Source of the DNA: Lama guanicoe
Lineage: Eukaryota
DNA length: 64,000 nt
Direction of reading: 5' to 3'
NCBI GenBank assembly: GCA_013239625.1
Contig: MU053994.1
Coordinates: 1,181,775 to 1,245,774, forward strand
The position numbers and the translations under genes were made by a program. How positions within the stretch are numbered: position 1 is the stretch's first letter; each line of letters begins with the position of its first letter. This document shows, piece after piece, positions 12,799-25,404 of the stretch. The notes below the pieces were generated by a model that searched no databases, was not told the DNA's origin, and saw nothing but the letters and a program-made list of their open reading frames with translations.

Positions 12799-12991
12799 CA
12801 GGGCTGTGCTGGATGCAGCCTGCTCATACCAGCTCCCCAGAGCCATTTGTGAAATTTGGGAAAGTATCTTGAAATTGGCAATGTTGGGAGTATTTATACC
12901 ACAAAAATTAGCAAATGCTACAAATCAGGGCTTTCTTTTTTTCTTTTTCTTTCAGGGGGCTGGTTGTCAAACATTTACCAGCACACTACTG
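12799..12991 (+). mobile_element. hAT MITE, MER63-like
   Basis: Imperfect TIRs cagggctgtgctgg ... ccagcacactactg; internal gttgggagtatttataccac and gctacaaatcagggc. Confidence 0.75.
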
Positions 12992-13038
12992 GCTTGACTC
13001 CATTCCTGGAAACTACTAAACTAATTACAAGGCTATAG

Positions 13039-15070
13039 AAACAGCATGGATAAATCTCACAGACATGATTCTGAATGAGAGAAGGCATACACAAAAGATC
13101 ACATATTATATGATTCCATTTATATGATGTTCTAGAACAGGCAAACTAATATATAGTGGAAAATATCAGGATGGGGTTACCTCCAGAGGGGAAAGTTGAC
13201 TGTGAAGGGGCATGAAGACTTTTCTGGGGTGATGAAATATTCTGTCTTAATGTGGGTATGGGTTACACAGGTATATGCATTTGTCAAACACTCACCGAGT
13301 TGTACACTTGCTATCTGTGCAGTTGGTTGTATGAAAATTTTACCTCAAGATAAAAAAAAACTGCAAACAAATACAAATATTGAACCCTACTTAATAGATT
13401 TCCTTTGTACAATTGTAAGTGTTAGCAATTTTGAGATTATTTGTGCATTTTAAGTTTGAGCAAATGAGTAAATATGTTGAGAATAATGGGAGTCAGGTTT
13501 CCTACTGATGGGGAAAAAAAAAGATCCCTAGGTAGGAATCCCAGGGTAGAATGCAGACTGTGATTTAAAAAAAAAGCATTTAACTGTATTAGAAATGTAG
13601 GAAGCAACCTCACTGAAGGGGATGGGTGAGGAGGTGCTGCCATAAGGAACTTAGGAAATGATTGGATTCTCTAGGATGAAAGGGAAAAGGAACTGCACAT
13701 AAGCACTGTGCCCACGGGGGTCCAGAAGGACGATTCTGACTCAGATACATATATATGCTGGAATTCCATATATACTGGAATTGAACAATTTAGTAAATGA
13801 ATGGTGGACAGTGGGAGCCAGGTCTTTCTCTGCTGGAGTAGGAATTTATAGGTAAACAAGGGGAGAAGCCTAGAATGAGCCATGTGGTAATGGGTTAGAG
13901 TTGGAGACATAGGTGTGAGCTCTTGTTTAGCTTATGTTGGTATAGATGTTACATATAGAAATATTTATAGATGTGTATATGCACAAGTTAGTATACACAT
14001 ATAATTTTTGCTCTGTCATCTGAAAGGGGATAGAAGCAATGACACCCCAGTAGCAAAAGCATACCTAGTATCAAGATCTTAGTTTCTAATATAATACACT
14101 AATAAAATAAAATGAGGCAAACGAATTTTAGAACTGGGGCAGGAAATATACGAGATGAGCCTGGAGCGTCTTGTAGTGCCAGAATGTAAGGAAATACTAA
14201 AAATAATCTGTTACTATGAGTATGTCAAAGGGATACAGGAGCCAACTGAAAGTGGCCAAAGCTGGACAAATTTGAGCAACAAAATAAAGTAGTACTGGAT
14301 TAGTAACAAACTGTAAAAGAAATATGTATCAGTCCATCCTGATATAAATAAGTTATTGAATAAATAAATCAATGCAGAAGAATAGACAAATTTCCAGTGC
14401 TGAGGGATCCCAAATAATTTACATAGATGTTCTACTCTCACCCAGGATGTGGTACATAACTCCCCATAGTTTAAGTGTGGGCTGCAGATAGTAATGTCCT
14501 TCCAAAGAGTGTAATGATGGGAAGGGGGAGAAGAGTAACTTTACGATTGAGAAACCTGACAAACACTATCTCAGCCAGGTGATCACAAGGTCAATATCAA
14601 CAGTGATAAATCACGTTGATAGTTTGTACCCTGGATATGATGTGATGAAAATTGCACTTTACCTCTGTGGTCTTTCTCCCTATAACTCCAGCTAATCATG
14701 AGAAAAACATCAGACAAATCCCACTTGAGGGATATTCTACAAAATACATGACCAATACTCCTTAAAATCTTCAAGGTCATTGAAAACAAGGAAAGTGTGA
14801 GGCATTGTCACAGTCAAGAGGAACCCAAGGAGTCATGATGACTAAATAGAATGTGGTGTCCTGGAAGGGATCCTGGAACAGAAAAGGGATATTAGGTAAA
14901 AACCAACAAAATATGAATAAAGGATGCTTGTTAATAATAGCGTATCGATATTGGTTCATTAGCTGTAACCACAAAAATGTCACACACTAATGCCAGACAG
15001 TAACAATAGGGAAACTGACATAGTTGTAAAAAACTGATGTAGTTGTAAAAACCAAAGTATTTTTTTTAAA
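13039..15070 (+). mobile_element. Old L1 (L1MC/L1MD-type) 3' region with long 3' UTR
   Basis: catggataaatctcacagac...tatgattccatttatatga...gaaacctgacaaacact...ggatcctggaacagaaaaggga hallmarks. Confidence 0.85.
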
Positions 15071-16647
15071 AAAGCCCTTGGATATGGATTGCTGGCAGTC
15101 AGCAGCTTAGGTTTATAAAGGAGAGTGTGGGGGTGGGGTGCGCAGGGGGCCGACAGCATCTGTGCCACCAGACAACTGCAGATAGAAACATCCACCACTG
15201 TCCTAGGGGGGAACTTCTGGGGGATTTTGAAAGTTCCCCTCTGTCCCAATGGTCTTTTCTTGGAGAATTTGCATTGCACACCTTTAAATCTGCCAGCAGA
15301 GAGTGGGCTCTGATTAAAGCCAGTGCAGTGGCCTCAGGACGGTGGGGAGTCTGAACAGATCCCCGAGACAGTCTGAGGCAGAAATTGGGGCACCTGCCCA
15401 TACAGCACTCTGCTGACTCAGCGGGTGGGCGGAGCAGTCTGCCTGTGTGTCTGGGTGTCTGGGAAACATAATGCTGCCTGCCTCTCTGGGCTGTTTTCTT
15501 GGCACTTCATAAGGATCTACTTTGGATGAACCAAGAGGTTCTGCTTTGAGGGTTTTGTTGTATTCTCCCCATGTGATGTGATCTGGCAATTTCAGCTGAG
15601 AGATACCCGAATCACAGAACTGAAGGGAGCATCTCAGTTCTGTGGACTCTGAGCAGGCTGTTGCTGCTGTTTATGGCATTTCAATCTATAAATAAGAGCT
15701 GAAGGTGCTGATGTCTTAGTTTCTGGGAAAATCATGAAGAAACAAAAGTCTGTGTTTGCACCCCACAGGTGGCCAAGAGCAGAGACTTCTCTGCTCATAA
15801 CTGTCTGGTGTGTTTTGACCAAGATTAACCAGATGGTTAAGCAAGCTGACTGACCTCAACCTGGCCAGTATGCCTTGAAGCAGCCATGTTCAGCACAGGG
15901 TCAACTCCATGTCCCAGAGTACCAGACACATATGGTCAATAGCCAATACTATTTGAGAGTGGCAAATATTTCCAGATTTTTCCAATTTCCCTTTTGAATT
16001 TACAAATTGGGAGCCTGCTGTCCCGTTGCCAGAAGGTAAAGTGTTAGATGGCAATTAATATAGATCAAGGGTTCCATCTCCTTCCCACATTTGTTTTGGA
16101 AAAAATACTATTGATTTATGTGTTGGGCTTTCATGAGACCAGCATAAAACTAGAATAATTAAGATGGGAACAAAACATTAACAAAGAACATTAGTACCTT
16201 CTGTCTTGCCCAACAAGGATTCCCCTCACTAGCAGAACTGGAGAAAGGGGCCTTGGGAAAAAATTCTCTCTGACTTGTTGTCTAGTCCATCATGGTAAGC
16301 AGATATGATTAGTAAAACTTCATTCCTAACTGACTTTGAGGATCAGGGCTTTTGTATACACATAAGTAAGCCCAGAAGAGTTGGTAAGGGATGCCTGGCT
16401 CTATACCTATTGATCTAAGATTGGAATTTACTGCTGCCTCAAAAGTTCTATTCAATTTCAGCTTCTGCACTATACCCAGCAGAGGGAATGATAAGTACCA
16501 CTGTATACCACTGGGGCTGGCCCTTTAGAGAGTAGCATGAATGATGATAAAAAGACAAACACAAATTCCAGAAAAACTTGGATTGGCTTTCTCGCCAACA
16601 CTACTGAAATGTGAGATGGGAAATTATTGATAAAAAGCACTGAGGGT

Positions 16648-17285
16648 TCCCACGCTCCTGGGCATATACCCAGAAGGAACCCTACTTCAGAATGACACCT
16701 GCACCCCAATGTTCATAGCAGCACCATTTACAATAGCCAACATGGAAATAGCCTAAATGTCCATCAACAGATGACTGGATAAAGAAGATGTGGTAGATTT
16801 ATACAATGGAATACTACTCAGCCATAAAAATGACAACATGCCATTTGCAGCAACATGGATGTTCCTAGAGAATGTCATTCTAAGTGAAGTAAGCCAGAAA
16901 GAGAAAGAAAATGCCATATGAGATCGCTCATATGCGGAATCTAAAAAAAAACATAGATACAAAACAGAAACAGACTCATAGACATAGAATATAAACTTGT
17001 GGTTGCCAAGGGGGCGGAGGGTGGGAAGGGACAGACTGGGATTTCAAAATGTAGCATGGATAAACAAGATTATACTGTACAGCACAGGGAAATATATACA
17101 AGATCTTATGGTAGCTCACAGCGAAAAAAATGTGGCAATGAATATATGTATGTTCATGTATAACTGAAAAATTGTGCTCTACACTGGAATTTGACACAAC
17201 ATTGTAAAGTGACTATAATTCAATAAAAAAGTTAAAAAATAAATAGAACAATACATAAAATATAACATTTTAAAATAAAAAAAAA
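16648..17285 (+). mobile_element. Young lineage-specific L1, 5'-truncated (ORF2 end plus 3' UTR)
   Basis: cctgggcatatacccaga...tgcaccccaatgttcatagcagc...aattcaataaaaaag, A-rich tail; TSD aaaaagcactgag (16632-16644) / aaaaatcactgag (17281-17293). Confidence 0.95.
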
Positions 17286-17809
17286 TCACTGAGTGCACCC
17301 GATAAAATGTTATATAACAATGACTATACTGGGCAAAGGTACGTTTCACTATCTCTGGAAAAACAAGAATATGTCTTCCTTGAGGAGCAGGTTTTAGAAA
17401 AGATTCTTGTATTTTCCTTTCAAGGGAAACCAAAACAGAGGAAGAATGAAATATGACAGCTTTCAGAGAAAGCTTAGGAAACCATTGGAAACTGTGAAGT
17501 TGTGTTTAGGAAATTCTCTGACTACTGTACCTTCCTCAGGACTCAAAAGAAATGACTTCTTTAGACTTTGGGGAAGTGACTTGGATTATCTTGACCAGTC
17601 TTTTGGGCGACTTGAGTACTTGCTTTCTCTGTTGCCTGATGAAGGCAGAAATACCGAATTGTCTTCAAGGAAGCTAATGGACGGTGTAAGTGACCATGTC
17701 AAAAGTACTTCAAGAATTGGTACTAAAACAACCTTTTTATTAAATTGGTTAATAGATGTAAAGGGAATAGTGCCTGGAACGTAGTGGGTGCTGGATAAAT
17801 GGTAGCGAA

Positions 17810-18310
17810 TGTCATAGATGCTGTGGACATCCTGGCCTGTATTCCGTTGGCCGACCTCTGGGTTTGCCTGCAGCTGCTTCGGAGTTCCTGTGCAGGTCAG
17901 CGGGGTCTCATCTTGACTGCTGGCCTTCCTTGGTTTCTCTGCCCAAGGGCCTGCTCAGGCACCTCAGGAGCTTATTCACATCTTGATAGGGCAGCCTAGA
18001 AATGGTGGGGGATGTAAGGGCTCAGGAGCAACCCTCAATTAATAACAAATAGGACTTGGTCCACAAGTACCCCAGCTTCCCTGTCCTTAGGTGGGACAGT
18101 TCTGAGGAAGATGCCTCAGAGTGTTCCCAGCAGGATCCATTGCCTGCAGTGGAAGCCCATTCATTAGGGCACTCTTTTCTTATTTTTCCCCTCTTTTTAT
18201 CTCACTTTCTCCACCTTCTCAGTTGTGCTTCCTGGAATCACCTCCCAAATAAACTGCTGGAACCTAAGCCCTTTCTCAGAGTCAATCTTTCTGAGTAACC
18301 AGAACTGAGA
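17810..18310 (+). mobile_element. ERVL solo LTR (LTR16-like)
   Basis: Starts tgtcatagatgctgtgg; ends cttcctggaatcacctcccaaataaact...tctcagagtc, the LTR16 3' motif. Confidence 0.7.
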
Positions 18311-19826
18311 AAACTATCATTGGCCTCACCCGCTGCTGGGCATGGAAGGGGAGCCATAAGACATCATGGCACAAAATTCATGATATGTGGTTACACAATG
18401 ATTTACCATGTGAAGCCAAATAGATGCACATTTATTTTTGGACTTATAGAAAATGACCACAAATCATTGTAGCAATAAGAAATAGACTTTGGGGACAGTG
18501 GCTATAGCTAGAAACCAAAGAAAAGTGATCATATATATTAAAATGTAGGAAAAAGGGGTGGCTGCATTGTAACATAGAAGCCACTCTTGTGCTCATGGAC
18601 CATCAACTTTGTCACTTCCGTCATGTTCCAACATGGACAACAAAACAGATACAGTATGTATTATAGTGGTCTGCAAAACTGCATTTGCTGCATGAAAATA
18701 AATAAATAAACAAGCAAATAAAAAAGCTGTTCAAGGCTTTTAGTTCAGTATAAATTCATTCCTCTAAAGGAAAATGCCATCCTAAACATTTTTTACTTGC
18801 AAAACAATCTTCAAGCTATAGAGCAATTTATTTCACATGACATTTACAGAAAATCAACAGAAGTAGCTTTCATAACGTGTGAAACCACAAATCACGTTTC
18901 CTTGCTATGGTTATGCATTGAAATCTCTTGAGGTCTCCTCTGGAGCTGCCTTGGGAGAGGGCCTTTACAGATGATTGTTTCTGTTCACATAAGTATCCTT
19001 TTCTCAATGGAAAATTTATATGATTCCCTACTGGGGCCCCACTGCTTTCTCCATTCCCAGGCCCACAAAGACAGTCATTGACAAGGGTTGCTACATTCTG
19101 CCTTAATGGTTCCATTGTCTCCAACATTTCATATGGCGTTTCTTGAAGCAACCAAACAAAAATTTAAAAAAGAAGTTAAAAAAAGGCAAACTGACGTAGT
19201 GGACTCAATAGGAACACAATTTAATTCAACTGGTATAAAAATAATTTAAACGTGGAAATCTGGATGAGTTCAGTGGGTATAATTATAAAAGAATATAGGA
19301 AAATTTGGTGACAGCATTAGTGCTCAACCTTAGCACATCGTTATTCCAAATGACCTTTTCCCCCCTTCTCATTCACTCCCTTCACTGCTTGGAGGATGGC
19401 TTTCATAATGCCAGCTGAGCTCAGGGCTCGAGTGGGCTCTCACTCAGGGATGCATAACCACAGCATCGACTCTTCAGCCTGGGTTATTGCTATTTACCAT
19501 TTAATGCTGGTCAACAGAAGACTTAGCTTGTTCAGAAATAATCATTATATTTAAAATTTTAATTTATTATAGATTTTTTTCTAATCAAGCCTAGATCCTT
19601 GATCAGAAGGATTTACAGGTTTTCAGCAAGGACGCAAAGGTTGCCAAGACAAAGGTAAATTAAAATACAGTACTGGGAGAGATTTCAAATGAATAAGGTG
19701 GTGTTAGAGGGGCAGAGGATGTACTGTCAATGAAATGTAGGTGAGCACAGGGTTTTGGTTGAGATCTGCATAGTTGGTCTACAGTATCCAAGGCATCTGG
19801 AAATGATCAGTAAGAAAGCAGCCCCC

Positions 19827-20185
19827 TGTCTTAGTCAGTACAGGTTGTTATCGCAAAATATCATAGGCTGCGTGGTTTAAACAACAGACATTTATTCCTC
19901 ACAGTTCTGGAGGTTGGGAAGTTCAAGATCAAGATGCAATTCTCATCCGGGTAAGGGGCCATTTCTTGCAGATGGTTGTCTTACTGCTGTATCTTCATTC
20001 GGTGGAGAAAGGGCTCTGGTCTCCTTCCTGTTCTTAGAACTAATCTCATCGTGAGGAGCCCACACTCATGATCTCATCTAAACCTAATTATCTCCCAAAG
20101 GCCCCATCTCCAAATACCATCACATTGGGCGGCTAGGGCTTCAATGTATCAAGTTAGGGGGATGCAAATATTTCAGTCTATGGTA
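19827..20185 (-). mobile_element. MaLR solo LTR (MLT1A-like)
   Basis: tgtcttagtc...aaacaacagacatttattcctcacagttctggagg...ccatctccaaataccatcacattggg. Confidence 0.85.
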
Positions 20186-20534
20186 CCTCCAAAGACAGGT
20201 TCTTGAGTATCTAGCAGCCCAAAGAGGGCAAGGGTCTTGCCAGATCCTCTCCTCCCATCAGCCTCCCACCCCTTTCTGGTGCTGTGAACAGCCTTTAACA
20301 CATAAAGCCACTCTGTGCAAATGACCCGAGTCTTTTCTAGGTTCCTTTGGAAGAGTTTGGCCTCAAGAACTATGTGGAAACTTTCAAATTCAAGTTATAT
20401 TAAAAAGTGTTTATTAATGACCACAGTGGCCTTCTCAGGAGGGTGGGTCTTACTAAACCGGAACCAAGGCTGCTGCTGCTTTTTTTTTTTCTTGTTGTGG
20501 CAAAATTCACATAAAACTGTCTATTTTGCCAGAT

Positions 20535-20688
20535 CATTTATTTTTATTTGGCGGGAGGGTAATTTGGTTAATTTACTTGTTATTTTAAAAAATTACTGTT
20601 GTTATTTTTTAATGGAGGTACTGGGGATTGAACCCAGGGCCTTGCGCATGTTAAGCAGGCACTCTACCATCGAGCTATACCCTCCCCT
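20535..20688 (-). mobile_element. tRNA-Ala-derived SINE (camelid Vic-1-like)
   Basis: tggaggtactggggattgaacccagggcc...ctctaccatcgagctataccc plus 3' segment gggagggtaatttggt and T-rich tail. Confidence 0.9.
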
Positions 20689-20707
20689 CAAATTCTCTAT
20701 TTTAAAC

Positions 20708-21200
20708 CAGAGCTTCTTAATCTTTTTTTGTGCCGTGGATCCCATTGGCAGTCTAGTAAAATCCATGGACCACTATTCAGAACAATGTTTTTAAATGCAT
20801 AAAATAAAATACAGAGAATCTCAAAAGAAGCCAATTACTTTGAGAAATTTTGTTATCAAAATTTTAAGGATCAGATAGTGAAACAATAATATATGTGTTT
20901 CTTAATTAATGCATTAATAGCAAGAGCTAGCAGGCAGGACTGATAACTGGTACAATTTCAAAGTGGCGATGAATAAAGATGACAATTTAGCTGCAGCAAC
21001 GGTAATCTGAGCTGAAAATATTTGTGACTTCTCATGGTGGCAACAGACTCAGGGATTGCGAATGCTGCTGGCGTTTGTTGCCTAGTTTTATAATAGAAGC
21101 AAATACTAAATGTTAAAAGTTAGAGAAAACAAAGAAGTAACATTTTTCTACCCAAGTTTATGGACCCTCTGAACTCTCAGCTCTAGATTACGAACCCCTG
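20708..21200 (+). mobile_element. hAT-Charlie MITE, MER119-like
   Basis: TIRs cagagcttcttaatct / agattacgaacccctg; internal aatgtttttaaatgcataaaataaaatac; second copy at 60110. Confidence 0.75.
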
Positions 21201-22019
21201 CAGGAAAAGCAAGCCTCTTTTGTCTGATTATCTAAATTTGGAAGCCGATTCTTCTGCTAATGGAGGGAGGGTGGAGCATTTGGGGCCGAGAGGAGCTGAG
21301 TCTGGAAGGAAGGCACAAGGTGAGGGTGGTGCAGCCATGGTGGCGAGGTGGCCACAGGGCATTTTAAAATCGGTGATGCCTACTTTAACTCAGAAAGCTG
21401 TTTGCAACATTTGGTACCAACTACTTCTCTGTCTCCCGCTGAACTCTTCATTAAAGTCTGGTATGTTCTGGAATGTACTCTGGGAGTGGACTTTTTGTGG
21501 CCCTTAAAGAAGGGCCTGATTTACACATTTGATAATTGAAGGCTGCTGACCACCTGGACAAAAGTAGAAGTGCTGAGAACCAGCCTCTGGAGAGTCCCTG
21601 AAGTCCTGGGGAGGACTTTGGACCACTGCTACACAAAGAGCTGGGGGTGTAGTTTATCTATATACCCCCAAGGAACAGAGGGCCCCAGATGATATCCACT
21701 TGTACTTGGTTCCTGTAGAGTAAGTATAACTACGCTAGGTGTGAGTCTGACTCGTTCGGACCCAGAGCCTGCCCTCTGCAGCTGACCTCTGAAGTCTGAG
21801 AGCAGCCTCCTGTTTTGGAGCTGAGCTGAAACTAGGATTCTGAGTAGCAGCATCTTTCCTGCTCTGACTGTACACAGAAGTCACCGCTTGTCCCGGTACG
21901 GGAATCACTCCACTGCCATTTACTTACTGTCCCCTGTCACCATATAGCAGCCAGGTCTGGGTACGAATAAGATGGTGACATTGCAAGTGGTGCACTGCCG
22001 TGAGTTTGAGGGCCGGAGT

Positions 22020-22262
22020 TAGGTGGCGTGGTGTACCGGGCAAGAGCTCGCACTTTGGGGTCCGATCCAAGTTTGAGCTCTGGCTCTGCTACTTACCTTG
22101 GTCAAGCTCCTTCACTTCTGCAAGCAACAGCCCTCTCCTGTGTTCAACGAGGAAACAGCTAACCCTGATTCCCATGGCTTGTGTGAGGACGAAACCCAAT
22201 AACCGTGTAAAGATTTGAGGTGGTTTGTGGTACATTAACACTGTAATTATTATTATTGTTGT
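22020..22262 (+). mobile_element. MIR SINE
   Basis: ggcgtggtg...tggctctgctacttac...ttgtgtgaggacgaaa...(att)n tail. Confidence 0.65.
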
Positions 22263-22482
22263 TGTTATTCTATCAAGACTATAAATATTCACAATAATGC
22301 TTTCTCTCTTCTCTTCTGCCTTTCCACATACACCCCCACCATTTCACTTGACTTTCTCCTCTCCACCTGCCTTTGGAGTGACACGGGTGAAATGTTTTCC
22401 AGAAGGGTGAAAGATTTCTTGAGAACACATACTCACCCTTTGCCTCTCCACTTACTATGTTGTAAACATCCCTCCCCCCTGC

Positions 22483-22664
22483 ACACTCACACACACACAC
22501 ACACATACACACACACATATACACATAGATATACACATATACATACATACGTGTATAACACAGTCACAAAAATATACACACATACATATACACATATACA
22601 CACACATATACACATACATATACACCTACATACACACACATAGACACACACACACACACACACA
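22483..22664. repeat. Compound (CA)n/(TACA)n microsatellite
   Basis: Directly visible imperfect CA/TA arrays. Confidence 0.95.
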
Positions 22665-23659
22665 TGCTCATTCCTCTCTTTCTTCCTGTGGTAAGAGAAT
22701 CAAATTCAGGCCTCCTGCCTGGAACTGCAGAACATTACCATCAGGCTGGTCCATTAAATATCATTTGAAAGTCAATTTTATCCCAGAGTGGTAAGTAGTA
22801 TGCGTGCTTATGTCTTCATCTACCTTAATTAGGAAAAGCAATTTGCTGCACATTTCTTAAAAAAGAAAAAAAAATGCTGATCAAATTTGAGCTCCTGATA
22901 GATTGAAACACAGCGTATGTTGTGGTGGTGGTACAAAGATGTGAAACCACTTCCCACATCTAAATTATGGCTTGGTCTAAAAACAGTCCAGCCTTATGAC
23001 TCGTGTGTTTTCTAAGTAACTTGCGCAATTGCCCATAATTATGGAAATAGGGGCTGTCTCCTGAAAGCCAGCCCCTCCTCATTTTGTTTCTCGACCCAGA
23101 ATAGAAAACTCCATTTTGAGACTATCACTCGAGATGTTTCCATCCCATCGTATTTTCTGTGATTCTGTACCATTAACAATCTCAAGACCATTTTCCCACA
23201 TCTCCTTTTGCCAAAATGGTTGGAGTGTCTGTGAAGCTCCAGCTCTGTTGAACGTAGGTGCCTGCCTTTCTCATTGGTTTCTTTTAACTAGGCCAGACCA
23301 ATTTTAACTCACGGGTGCCTCTGACTTGAATCCTCCCGAAACTCTGGTGGGGTGCCAGTGGCACCCGAGCTGGCACTCAGATGGCCTGGGAATGTCTGGA
23401 GGGCTGTGGGGACAAGCCCGTCAGAAGTCTTTGTGTTTGAGGAACTAAGGAGCCTCTTAAGTGGGCACAACCCCTAAGAGAAGGATGAGCTGGGGAGGAA
23501 GCAGCCAGGCCTAAGGAGCTTGACCCAGGAAGAGAGTTCTGGATTGGAGAAGGAGGTGTGACTACAACTATATGCCTCGTGGTCAAGAGCACTCTGAACT
23601 CACCCCTGTGTACCTCTGAACTCACGTCTGGGCCCTGCTGAGAGATGAGCTGTTGTTCT

Positions 23660-24740
23660 TGTCTCCCTTCCCATATTCCATTTGTCACACAGCAGCCAGA
23701 TTTTCAAATCAGAAATCAGATCATGCCACTTGTCTGCTTAAAAACCTTCTCTGGCTTTCCACTCCAAGTAGTGGTAAATACAACTCCCCTTCTGAAAGCC
23801 TACAGGATCTCACCTAAGCAGCTCTGCCTGCTGCTCCTACCCGATCTTGTATTTCTTTCCCATTTGCCTTTTTTTTTTTTTCAACCACAGAGTCTTCTTT
23901 CTCATCCTTAGCCAGGCCCACTCTCACCCTTTCTGTTTGCTGTTCCTTCTGTCCTGAACACTCTTGCCTGGAGGATATCTTCTCATCCTCCAGGTCTCAA
24001 TTTAAATATCACCTCCTTAAATTGTCTCTTTCTGAGCCCGGTAAGTGACTGCCCTTCTCATGCCCCATAAGGCTCTCACACCACCCTTTTCGCTTCATTC
24101 TTAGCCCTTATCACAGGCTGACATGATCTTGTTTGGTTGCCAATTTATTGTTTGTCTCTTCCCTCTTCAGGACAGGTTCTATCTTAGTTTAGCCTCCCTT
24201 TCAGAAGTGGAGCCTGAGACAAAGGTTTCAGGTGCAGGCACTTTGTGTTCAAAGACAGAGCTCCCCTAAGTATTACAAAAAATAAAGATAATATAGAAAT
24301 CAGGGCTTGCATGAATACAGGAGGACGCAGAAGAGTGAAGGTCAAGAAGACTGAAGCTGGAAGGTCAGGGAAATTGTCACTGATGATCTCAGCCTGGAGC
24401 AAAGCACCAAAATAGTTGGTTCTGAAAAGTTCTCCGGGAAATTGTGTCATATCTGGCTTCCATAACTTCTCAAGAACAATAGCCTCTTCTAACTTCTTCC
24501 TTTCCAATCTCACACAGGTTCCTTTCATTGGCAAATTCTAACCTGTACCCAGGCAGGTAAAGTGGGTTGATGCATCTGTGAAACTGTTTACTGGAGCCAT
24601 GACTGGGATCAGAAATGAGGCTGAATGGACAGGAGGTGCCTGATACTGGGATTCTGCCTGTCTTTTTATTTCTCTGTCCTAGAATGGTCCTTGGTGCATC
24701 ATGGGTGCTCAATAAGTGCTTCCCAAGTGACTGATTCACA
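23660..24740 (+). mobile_element. L2 3' region split by an LTR
   Basis: cacagcagccaga...tcagatcatgccact...tgctgttccttctg...caggtctcaatttaaatatcacctcc; tail ggtgctcaataagtg at ~24705. Confidence 0.75.
24178..24600 (-). mobile_element. ERVL solo LTR (LTR33/LTR40-like) nested in L2
   Basis: tcttagttt...cagaagtggagcctgagacaaagg antisense LTR end; ttcctttcattggcaaattctaacc. Confidence 0.55.
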
Positions 24741-24749
24741 CAAGGGCTG

Positions 24750-25390
24750 TAAGTAAAAGCTAATGGTTGTGATGCTCAATTTGGGAACCTAGTGGCACAG
24801 AAGCCACACTGCTATGGGATCCCTCTAATAGAGGGTGCCTCAAAAGTCTGAGAGGTGGTCTCCATCTGTGGCTCCAGATGCCTCAGCTCTACTAGCATGT
24901 CAAGGTTCCAGGCTTTAATGGTGGTGCTCAGTGGAAAGTAAAGGAATAAATATGGCTCCCAGTGAGGGATGGTGGATAAATCCTGGGTATCTGAGCAAAC
25001 TTGCTCAGGAGCACATGTGAGACACCATGGGGGTGCCTCCTAGAACTACTATATATAAGGGCAGAGTTGAGTGAAACCTTTGCTATTATATGTGCTCTAA
25101 GTCTATTAGTACCATTGGCTTGGCTGGAGGAAACTCAAGTAATAAAAATATTTGCAAGAAAATGTATCATGAGCAAGAATTCTGGGATGCATTCTGTACA
25201 TTTTTCAGGGAGTTCCACTGGAATGGAGCCCAAGTGACCCAAGTCCACAATAGCCCAACAGGCAACCTTGATAAAGCACCTTTACTTTGACTTTTCCTCC
25301 TTCCATGTCTCACTCTCCCCATTTCCTCACTCCTGTTTCATGGGATTATCTCCCAACTAAACTACCTGTGCCAGTACCCTTGAGAAACCA
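24750..25390 (+). mobile_element. ERVL LTR (LTR16-like)
   Basis: 3' motif ttcctcactcctgtttcatgggattatctcccaactaaactacctg; 5' boundary uncertain. Confidence 0.5.
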
Positions 25391-25404
25391 GTAAGTCTAA
25401 ATAT

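Noticed and set aside
22279..22643. His/Thr-rich and Val/Cys/Tyr-rich ORFs
   Set aside because: Translations of a CA microsatellite
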